Source: Methanobacteriota archaeon
GTDB taxonomy: Archaea; Thermoplasmatota; Poseidoniia; Poseidoniales; Poseidoniaceae
Length of the DNA: 62,530 nucleotides
Reading direction: 5' to 3'
Assembly: GCA_038130705.1 (NCBI GenBank)
Contig: JAYPOA010000003.1
Span: 1 to 62,530 of the forward strand
Shown here: positions 55,731 to 62,530 of the stretch, piece after piece
How positions within the stretch are numbered: the first letter of the stretch is position 1
Layout of the letters: each line of letters opens with the position of its first letter
The notes under the pieces: model-generated
What the model was told of the DNA's origin: nothing
The model's database searches: none
What the model saw: only the letters and a program-made list of their open reading frames with translations
Translations under genes and position numbers: made by a program

Positions 55731-57073
55731 TAAGCCTCCCTGTATGTTGAAAGAATTTTATTTCCAAGTAAATTCAAACTTAGAGTTATTACAAATAGGT
55801 ACAAACCTACTGCAAAAATAGTGTAATAACCTATCTCCCCAAATGGTAAATCCCCTCCAACTCTCTGTGCAATATATGCTGTCATTGTCTGAGCCGGCAA
55901 GAACATATTGGATGTGTAAACAGCGATAGTCCCTACGGCTAAAGTGACGGCCATCGTTTCTCCAACTGCACGTGAAAGTGCTAGAATTATACTTGCAATT
56001 ATACCAGAAAGTGATGCTTGTATCATTACTTTTACAGTTGTTTCAATCCTTGTGGCACCTAATGCTAGCGATCCTTCTCTCAATTCATTTGGAACCGCTC
56101 GTAGCGCATCTTCCGACATAGAAGCAACTAGAGGTAGAATCATTACGCCAACAACGATTGCTCCATTGATAGGGTTGAATACATCAGGAGGATCATTTAT
56201 CCAACCATTAGCATAAGCATATTCTCCTAATTCCACAACTAGTGGACCTATGTAGATAAATGCAAAAAATCCGTAAACAACTGATGGTATGCCTGCTAAG
56301 ATTTCTAATGTTGGTTTTACGATAGCAACTAATCTTGGATGTGCATATTCTGATAAATAAATTGCACAACCCACGCCAAGAGGAACTGCTATCAACAATG
56401 CGCCAAAGGCCACCTGGATAGTAGTCAATAAAAGACTGTTAACACCAAATGACAATTGGTCACACAATTCTCTTCTTTCTGGACAACCACCTGATGGAGT
56501 CCATTGATTGGTAAGCAAAAATTCACCAAAAGCACCACCGTAATCGTATGTCAACGCATCAAAAAATGTCAAAAATATAAATAACAAAGTTATGATTCTT
56601 AGATTATTTGATTTGGATACCTTACCACCATTCTTATTTTTGAACTGAGTAGAAGCAATTCCTCTCCAAGTAAAAAATAGTATTATTATAGAAATAGCCA
56701 ACAATTGGCTTTGAAGCAATATCAGAGTAAGGAATGAAAATAATCCCAGAAATCGAATAACCCAACGATTTGGAAAAAGAATCTCTTCGGGAATTGAATT
56801 CAGAATTTTTCCGGATTTTTTGCTGTAATATTCTGATACAAAACATCCGATAAGAATTATTCCTGCAATACCTGAACTAGATGAGATCCCTGAAAAATCA
56901 AATTTCATTGATAGCCAGCCGCGGCTGGCTGCCACATCTTGGAAAAATGTAATCGTTTCAAATAACAATGTCTGAATAATTCCCAATGTTATCAAGATAA
57001 CAGAGGTACTTAACAAGAATAAGACCGTTCTAGCTTTGTCAGTTGTGAAGGATGATGCCGATATCATATTCAT
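55727..57073 (-). CDS. pstC: phosphate ABC transporter permease PstC (with N-terminal extension)
   Basis: FLLTNQWTPSGG...LLTTIQVAFGALLIAVPLGVGCAIYLSEYAHPRL and EILAGIPSVVYGFF. 448 aa. Confidence 0.9.
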   Translation of the reverse strand: MNMISASSFTTDKARTVLFLLSTSVILITLGIIQTLLFETITFFQDVAASRGWLSMKFDFSGISSSSGIAGIILIGCFVSEYYSKKSGKILNSIPEEILFPNRWVIRFLGLFSFLTLILLQSQLLAISIIILFFTWRGIASTQFKNKNGGKVSKSNNLRIITLLFIFLTFFDALTYDYGGAFGEFLLTNQWTPSGGCPERRELCDQLSFGVNSLLLTTIQVAFGALLIAVPLGVGCAIYLSEYAHPRLVAIVKPTLEILAGIPSVVYGFFAFIYIGPLVVELGEYAYANGWINDPPDVFNPINGAIVVGVMILPLVASMSEDALRAVPNELREGSLALGATRIETTVKVMIQASLSGIIASIILALSRAVGETMAVTLAVGTIAVYTSNMFLPAQTMTAYIAQRVGGDLPFGEIGYYTIFAVGLYLFVITLSLNLLGNKILSTYREAY

Positions 57074-57077
57074 CCCT

Positions 57078-58100
57078 TCAAAACTTTTCTAAGTTATCAT
57101 GCATCAGCATGTTCAATAATGCTTCGGCAAAATTCACACCGTATGCGCACAAACGTCTGATTGATTCAGAGATTCTAAACTCACATAGCAACCTCTCTGC
57201 TGATGCACGACCTACCCACAAATCTCCCTCCGAATGTTCTATATCATCACTTAATTTTGCCAAACCTAATTTAGCAGAGTGAATAATTGATATGTCTTTT
57301 GAGTACATATTGTGAACTATCGTCTTTAATTGGGATGCCCAAATCGGGATTGCACTCAGAGGCATTTCCTCTTTTTTCATCTTAATTACATTCGAATGTT
57401 CTCTAACTAATAATGCAAGCCTAGAAGCGTGATCACCCATTCTTTCGAGTACCCTCGCTATGTTAGCGTGCTCCATCGCAGTGAAGCGGTCAATTGCTAA
57501 CCTCTTTTCTACAGACGGCGATTTAAGAGAAGCTGCAACTTGTCTCTCTAAAAGCAACCTTCTGGCATCAATTTGTCTTTCTCTATCTTCAATATCGTTC
57601 AAGAGTAAAACATCCTCTCCAGAAATTATTTCTAAGGAATCGGCCACTAGACTTGATATTAACAGATACATCCGATTTATAGAAACCTGAAGTTTCAACT
57701 CTGAAGGATTCAATATAGATACAATTTTGATCTGTTTAGATGTATCTTCTTCAATTTCCATACCTCTCGTGTCACGCAAAAATTCTCTTACGTTAGATCG
57801 AGTTTTTCTAGAAATATCTCGGTCGCAAGTTATTCTGATAACGTCTGCCCCTGACAAATATGAGCCAATCATTAAATCGGATAGACCAGATTCATATGCG
57901 CAACAGTCTAGAGATATTTCGGTCTTAGCCGCAGAACCTTGCAATGGAGATATACGTAAATCTCCCGAAGCAAGTTCTTCAAGCTTCACCACGTCTCCTT
58001 TGTTTAAATTATTCGAATTAATCCATTCTTTAGGAAGAGATACAATCATGGTTGAGCCACCAGTAATTTGCAGTTTACGAAACTCGCTTTCCTGGCTCAC
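57078..58100 (-). CDS. AbrB/SpoVT-domain + PhoU-domain phosphate uptake regulator (paralog 1)
   Basis: N-terminal swapped-hairpin motif LQITGGSTMIVSLPKEWINSNNLNKGDVV. PhoU-like helices (DIEDRERQIDARRLLLERQV; NIARVLERMGDHASRLA). GTG start preceded by AGGTGA. 4 nt upstream of pstC. Confidence 0.85.
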   Translation of the reverse strand: MSQESEFRKLQITGGSTMIVSLPKEWINSNNLNKGDVVKLEELASGDLRISPLQGSAAKTEISLDCCAYESGLSDLMIGSYLSGADVIRITCDRDISRKTRSNVREFLRDTRGMEIEEDTSKQIKIVSILNPSELKLQVSINRMYLLISSLVADSLEIISGEDVLLLNDIEDRERQIDARRLLLERQVAASLKSPSVEKRLAIDRFTAMEHANIARVLERMGDHASRLALLVREHSNVIKMKKEEMPLSAIPIWASQLKTIVHNMYSKDISIIHSAKLGLAKLSDDIEHSEGDLWVGRASAERLLCEFRISESIRRLCAYGVNFAEALLNMLMHDNLEKF

Positions 58101-58174
58101 TATTCACTCACCTGATTCTCCCTATTTCAACATGGATGTATAGGACACTGACATAGAATATTGATAGATATATA

Positions 58175-58188
58175 GCAATATATATTGC
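58175..58188. promoter_or_regulatory. perfect 14-bp palindrome GCAATATATATTGC in the divergent pstS / abrB-phoU-pstCAB intergenic region
   Basis: Read directly from the sequence. It lies between the two divergent starts (58100 and 58258), next to TATA-like GATAGATATATAGC. Function (TATA/BRE or operator) is not established. Confidence 0.3.
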
Positions 58189-58257
58189 ACTTTATTATCT
58201 AATGTTGAACCATATTTAGGGGGGAGCCTTCAAACCAACCAATAGGAGATTACCTAT

Positions 58258-59367
58258 ATGAGAATTAGAAAAAATGGAATGGCATGGACAATTGTCCTTA
58301 CCTTAATGATAGCAGGAATCGCTGGCTGTATCGGTGGCGATGATGAAGAAGTAGAACAGAAGACCATAAACATCGCAGGTAGCAGTACTGTGTTTCCAGT
58401 TGCGAGTGCATGGGGCCAGGCTTACAGCGCAGCAAACAGTGATTACACTGTAACTGTCGCTGGAGGAGGATCAGGAGCAGGTGCTTCTAAAGTATGTAGC
58501 ACGGACACAGATTCTGTAAACATTGGTGACATGAGTAGAGATTGGAAAGATTCCGAAGCAACAGTAGGTGCTGACGGTTACACCTGGTCCTGCGCTAACT
58601 CAGACGTAACTGTAACTCAATTGGTTGTAGCAATCGATGGCCTATCGGTTGTTGTAAAAAAAGGTGGAGCGGCTGACAACTGTATCTCCGACATGGGAGG
58701 GCTTTCTATGGCTCAGCTAAGATGGATATACTCCGACTGGAGTGAAACAGATTTGGAGACTCACGAAAAAGGTGGATTAGTAATGTCGTCTGTGACACCA
58801 AACAATGATAATGATTCAAAGAGAGAATGGAGTGACCTAAAAGACTCCGCTGCTTGTGAAGATCAAGAAATTAAACTGTGGGGCGCTGACTCCGACTCGG
58901 GCACATATGAGTACTTTGGGGAGCAAGTATTCTGTAAGAGTTGTTTCGCAGATGGAGACCCTGTTTCCGAAGGATTTGACCAAGCAAGAGGATACCAGAA
59001 TTCTGCTGATGACAACCAAATCGTAAACGGAATTACATCTGATGAGTACGCACTCGGATACTTTGGATACGCTTACTATGAAGAAAACGCAAACGTTCTT
59101 TCTGTAGCTGCTATCGCCAATAATGACACCCACGGTGTCGAAGACGCAGGCGGAGCAGTGACTCCAGAAGCATCCACAGTTGCAGATGGTTCCTATGCAC
59201 CATTGTCAAGATACATTTACATGAATGTAAACAACAATGATTGGGACTTAGTCAGAGGATTCATTGAATATGGATACTCTGAAGCAGGAATGGACCACGT
59301 TTCAGATGTAGGTTATGTTGCACTACCAGCTAACATGATTACTGACATGAAAGCTAGAATTGGTTAA
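58258..59367 (+). CDS. pstS: phosphate-binding lipoprotein PstS
   Basis: Lipobox-like IAGC (TIVLTLMIAGIAGCIGG). PBP motifs INIAGSSTVFPVASAW and VAGGGSGAGASK. AGGAG about 9 nt before the ATG. Confidence 0.9.
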   Translation: MRIRKNGMAWTIVLTLMIAGIAGCIGGDDEEVEQKTINIAGSSTVFPVASAWGQAYSAANSDYTVTVAGGGSGAGASKVCSTDTDSVNIGDMSRDWKDSEATVGADGYTWSCANSDVTVTQLVVAIDGLSVVVKKGGAADNCISDMGGLSMAQLRWIYSDWSETDLETHEKGGLVMSSVTPNNDNDSKREWSDLKDSAACEDQEIKLWGADSDSGTYEYFGEQVFCKSCFADGDPVSEGFDQARGYQNSADDNQIVNGITSDEYALGYFGYAYYEENANVLSVAAIANNDTHGVEDAGGAVTPEASTVADGSYAPLSRYIYMNVNNNDWDLVRGFIEYGYSEAGMDHVSDVGYVALPANMITDMKARIG

Positions 59368-59400
59368 GCAAGGATACAATCTTGTCCAAATTTTTGCCTG

Positions 59401-59431
59401 CAGGGGCCTCGGCCCCTGTGGGCATTTTTTT
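59401..59431. terminator. GC-rich hairpin plus T-tract between convergent pstS and abrB-phoU paralog 2
   Basis: CAGGGGCC-TC-GGCCCCTG (8-bp perfect stem) followed by TGGGCATTTTTTT on the + strand. It sits in the 62-nt spacer between the stops at 59367 and 59430. Confidence 0.6.
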
Positions 59432-60467
59432 ATTTTCGAAAAATCATGTCATCGTGCGATTTTAGGTTTAGAAGTATCTCGCCAAAATCTCTAGCATAAG
59501 CGCACAACCTTCGCACAGATTCAGATATCTTGAATAGCAAAAAATCATGTTTTGTCATCTTTCTTCCTTCGATTAATTTCTCTTCATAAGAGGATATTTG
59601 AATTTGGGCCTCCTTAAGTTCCTGTCTAGATTCCTCAATCTCGAATGAATTTCTTGTACGAATATTGATCATTAATTTCTTTATGGAATCTTGCCAGTTA
59701 TTTAGTTGTAAAATTGGTGCTTTATCAGCATCTAACTGTAGGTCTTCAGATTCCATTACCAAATGAGCCATGTGTGCCGCATGGTCCATCATTCGTTCTA
59801 GTGAAGTTGCCAAATTTGAATGCTCTACAGCCTGATTTCTAGCCAAATTAAGTGATGAGGCTACGAGATGGGAATCTAAAGCAATACTTACCTGCCTTTC
59901 AACAAGATACAGTAAAGCATCAACCTCTGATTCTCTATCGTCAATATCATTAAGCAAACTTTTTTCATTGCCTTTTGAAATGGATATTAGGTCCCTTGTA
60001 GCAGAAATTAACAAAGAATACATTCGATTGATACTGGCAATTAATGGCATCTCTGCAGCACTGATTAGGCATATCAACTCAACTCTACCATCTTCAACAT
60101 TCATCATTTCAAATCCCCTAGTATTTCGTAAAAATCTTCTAATTTGTTGCTGGACGACCCTATCTATATCGCTGGAAAATACTATTCTGATTTTGTCTGC
60201 TCCAGCCAAATATGCTCCCATTAGGTGATCATGTAAAGAATTCGAAGGTATAATTCCACAATTAATGATAATAGTTTTCTCGGAGTTTTGCAACATGTTA
60301 AGAGGTGTTAGTCTCAAGGCACCGCTTGGTCTCCAATCCACCCTAATGCCATCGCGTGGTTTCAATGACATTTCGTCAATCCACGTTTTAGGCAAACTTA
60401 CTGTGTAAGTGGAACCTCCGGTCAATTGGACTTTTCTTACCTCGATTCTTCCAGGATCTGCAACCAT
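59430..60467 (-). CDS. AbrB/SpoVT-domain + PhoU-domain phosphate uptake regulator (paralog 2)
   Basis: VQLTGGSTYTVSLPKTWIDEMSLKPRDGI. Same architecture as 57078..58100 and a closely similar C-terminus (ISESVRRLCAYARDFGEILLNL versus ISESIRRLCAYGVNFAEALLNM). Confidence 0.85.
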   Translation of the reverse strand: MVADPGRIEVRKVQLTGGSTYTVSLPKTWIDEMSLKPRDGIRVDWRPSGALRLTPLNMLQNSEKTIIINCGIIPSNSLHDHLMGAYLAGADKIRIVFSSDIDRVVQQQIRRFLRNTRGFEMMNVEDGRVELICLISAAEMPLIASINRMYSLLISATRDLISISKGNEKSLLNDIDDRESEVDALLYLVERQVSIALDSHLVASSLNLARNQAVEHSNLATSLERMMDHAAHMAHLVMESEDLQLDADKAPILQLNNWQDSIKKLMINIRTRNSFEIEESRQELKEAQIQISSYEEKLIEGRKMTKHDFLLFKISESVRRLCAYARDFGEILLNLKSHDDMIFRK

Positions 60468-60492
60468 TCAAATCAAATATCGCACTATTTAC

Positions 60493-60504
60493 ATCTATAT
60501 AGAT
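60493..60504. promoter_or_regulatory. perfect 12-bp palindrome ATCTATATAGAT between divergent abrB-phoU paralog 2 and PiT
   Basis: Read directly. It lies about 26-37 nt from the minus-strand ATG (60467) and about 45-56 nt from the PiT ATG (60549). It shares a CTATATA core with the pstS-region element. It could be a bidirectional TATA box. Confidence 0.3.
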
Positions 60505-60548
60505 TACATGGGCATTAGGTGATATACTGATTTCTATGAGAACAATAT

Positions 60549-62530
60549 ATGGAACCAGTAACTATGGTTGTTATCGGCTTAGCTTTGATTGTTTGTGCTT
60601 ACATGGCATGGAACATAGGTGCGAATGACGTTGCTAACGCAATGGGAACCTCAGTTGGATCGAAAGCACTAACCCTAAAACAAGCGGTAATTATTGCTGC
60701 TATTTTCGAGTTCGCTGGTGCTTTCCTCGCCGGTGACGCAGTCACTAAAACGGTCAGAAAAGGTATCTTGACTGTTGATTTCTCGACGGTCACTCCAGCT
60801 ATTTCCCAAGACATCGCTTTTGGATTCATAGCCGCTATGATGGCTGCTGCAGTTTGGTTGACTATTGCCACGAGGATGGGCCTTCCAGTATCTACAACAC
60901 ACTCGATTATTGGAGGAATTATTGGTGTTGGATTGGTATTAGAGGTCGACCACAATGCCAAATATATAGATTGGGAAGTCGTTCAAAAAGTGGTAATGAG
61001 TTGGGTTGCTAGCCCCTTGATGGGTGGACTTCTCGCCTTCTTTTCATACTGGATTATCAAAAAGACCATCCTTGATGCAGAAAACCCCGAACAAAGGTCG
61101 ATGTGGCTGGCGCCTATTCTTGCGTTCCCAACTTTCTTTGTATTGGGCCTGGCACTACAATTCAAGGCACTGAAGGGATTTTTTGCGAGAGCGGAATCAA
61201 ATGGCTGGATTGCAGACAAGACAGCATGGCTTCCCGCTAAAGAAAATGGAGTATGGGATCCATTTGCGGATGCAGCATGGCTCCCAATCAATTCACTAAT
61301 TCTTGCAGCAGTTATCGGCGCAATGGGTTCGTTCGGACTTTATTTGGTCTTGAAGAAAATAGACATTAACGAAGAAAGCAAAGGTTTCAAGGGAGTTGAG
61401 AGAATTTTCGTATGGTTACAGATAATCACTGCAGCATATGTAGCATTCGCACACGGTGCAAATGACCGTTCCAATGCAATTGGCCCAATGGCTGCTGTTT
61501 GGCAAGTATTGTCGAATGATACTGGTATGCTAATGGAGCAAGCTGAAATTCCGCTTTGGTTGGTATTATTGGGATCGGCAGGTATCGCAATTGGTGTAAT
61601 GACCTGGGGATGGAGAGTTATGGAAACCGTTGGTAAGAAAATTACAGAAATCACTCCAACACGTGGATTCGCAGCAGAATTTGGAGCTGCAACTACAATC
61701 TTGGTTTTCTCAATGCCATTCTTGGCAGTTCCGGTATCCACAACTCACACCCTGGTAGGAGCCGTCGTTGGTGTTGGTCTCGCTGGAGGAGCAAAAGCAG
61801 TAGATTTCAGAGTATTCGGAAAGATTGCTGCATCTTGGGTTGCAAGCGTTCCAGTAGCCGCATTCGGTGCGGCAACAATTTACATCGCATCTGGAGGAGA
61901 TAACCTCAAGATGATTATTCTGTTACCTATTGCATTCGCTGCAGTAGGATTCGCAATGTGGAAAACACGTGGAGGAGAGATTCATGTGGAAGAGGCGTTA
62001 TCGGATGCTGGAAGTTCTGATGACCAAGGAGCGACACCATTTGAGTTATTCCACAAGCACGCTGTTGCGGTTGAAGCAACTGTTGGCCATATGTTAGAAG
62101 CTGTAAACAAAACCGCTAATGGTGAAGATGCAAGTGATGAAATCAAAGCTACAGTTGATGCTGAATTGGACGCAGACAATATCAAAACCCAACTGAGAGA
62201 CATGATGGAAGAAACTAATTTTAGACTAATTGTTTCAATGGATGATTTCTTGAGGATGTTAGCAAGGCAAGATCGAATTGCTGACTACGCACAGAATGTT
62301 GCTGAACAATTGAGTTTCAGAGAATTATACGATAACAAGGAAGCAAGAGAAATGCTAATTGAAATGGCTAATGCAGTATCTGCTACAGTAGCAATATACG
62401 AAGACACTGTTGAGGCTTTGAGAGATTTGTCCCTTGGCGGAGAAACCAAGGTCGCTAAGAAAAAGGTAATGCAACTGATTAAGGACGTTAACTTGAAAGA
62501 GCATGAAGCAGATGAAGTAGAAGCAAAAGC
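60549..62530 (+). CDS. PiT-family inorganic phosphate transporter fused to a C-terminal DUF47/PhoU_div-like domain (3'-partial, runs off window)
   Basis: Not in the ORF track because it has no stop in the window. My translation from ATG 60549 is open to 62530. It contains both PiT signatures (WNIGANDVANAMGTSVGS; AHGANDRSNAIGP) and STTHSIIGG / STTHTLVGAVVGVG. After about residue 478 comes a soluble helical domain with DUF47-like repeats (VDAELDADNIKTQL...RQDRIADYAQNVAEQL...LKEHEADEVE). Confidence 0.9.
   Translation, partial: MEPVTMVVIGLALIVCAYMAWNIGANDVANAMGTSVGSKALTLKQAVIIAAIFEFAGAFLAGDAVTKTVRKGILTVDFSTVTPAISQDIAFGFIAAMMAAAVWLTIATRMGLPVSTTHSIIGGIIGVGLVLEVDHNAKYIDWEVVQKVVMSWVASPLMGGLLAFFSYWIIKKTILDAENPEQRSMWLAPILAFPTFFVLGLALQFKALKGFFARAESNGWIADKTAWLPAKENGVWDPFADAAWLPINSLILAAVIGAMGSFGLYLVLKKIDINEESKGFKGVERIFVWLQIITAAYVAFAHGANDRSNAIGPMAAVWQVLSNDTGMLMEQAEIPLWLVLLGSAGIAIGVMTWGWRVMETVGKKITEITPTRGFAAEFGAATTILVFSMPFLAVPVSTTHTLVGAVVGVGLAGGAKAVDFRVFGKIAASWVASVPVAAFGAATIYIASGGDNLKMIILLPIAFAAVGFAMWKTRGGEIHVEEALSDAGSSDDQGATPFELFHKHAVAVEATVGHMLEAVNKTANGEDASDEIKATVDAELDADNIKTQLRDMMEETNFRLIVSMDDFLRMLARQDRIADYAQNVAEQLSFRELYDNKEAREMLIEMANAVSATVAIYEDTVEALRDLSLGGETKVAKKKVMQLIKDVNLKEHEADEVEAK

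Noticed and set aside
60599-62203. Four minus-strand ORFs (120, 102, 133 and 73 aa) listed by the track in the last 2 kb.
   Set aside because: They are shadows of the + strand PiT-DUF47 ORF, which carries unmistakable PiT signatures and is missing from the track only because it has no stop inside the window.
1-62530. Search for CRISPR arrays, IS elements or transposases, prophage genes, rRNA, and long DNA-level tandem repeats.
   Set aside because: None were seen. The repeats in the giant genes are at protein level only and are diverged at DNA level.

Overview
This is a 62.5-kb, very gene-dense chromosomal segment that I read as archaeal. The markers are CDP-archaeol synthase (CarS), an AglB/STT3 oligosaccharyltransferase with WWDYG, three proteins with class III (type IV pilin-like) signal peptides, and a UPF0201-type protein. 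Gene content resembles a marine planktonic euryarchaeote: giant Ca-binding adhesin-like proteins, Ni-superoxide dismutase and a large phosphate-scavenging locus. That placement is inference only, since no search was possible.

Layout:
- 0-5.7 kb: housekeeping genes (dnaJ, GT2 glycosyltransferase, UPF0201, a Pcp-Nudix fusion).
- 5.7-18.1 kb: a minus-strand operon-like run holding a 1,901-aa TSP3-repeat/propeller protein, a 1,788-aa surface protein, a small soluble protein and a lipoprotein metzincin.
- 18.3-22.7 kb: an MBL hydrolase and a translationally coupled three-gene pilin-like operon.
- 22.7-42.1 kb: one co-directional minus-strand run containing purD, a 3,219-aa AglB/STT3 fusion, a membrane-anchored subtilase, a 1,427-aa beta-helix surface protein and a wHTH-AAA-TPR STAND ATPase.
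- 42.2-52.5 kb: carS, three further envelope proteins, sodN-sodX, tRNA-Met(CAU), an HD phosphohydrolase, and an EF-hand/OB-like membrane protein coupled to a TctA-like permease.
- 52.5-62.5 kb: a phosphate super-locus with phoU-pstB-pstA-pstC-(abrB-phoU), divergent pstS, a second abrB-phoU paralog, and a PiT transporter fused to a DUF47/PhoU_div domain. The PiT ORF runs off the window and is absent from the ORF track.

I saw no CRISPR array, transposase, integrase or rRNA. The most unusual items are:
- the giant OST fusion;
- the roughly 35-kb envelope/adhesin supercluster with its own proteases, pilin-like operon and STAND regulator;
- the shared Trp-containing tails of two giant proteins;
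- the PiT-DUF47 and Pcp-Nudix fusions.

All family calls rest on motifs read by eye. No HMM or BLAST search was run.
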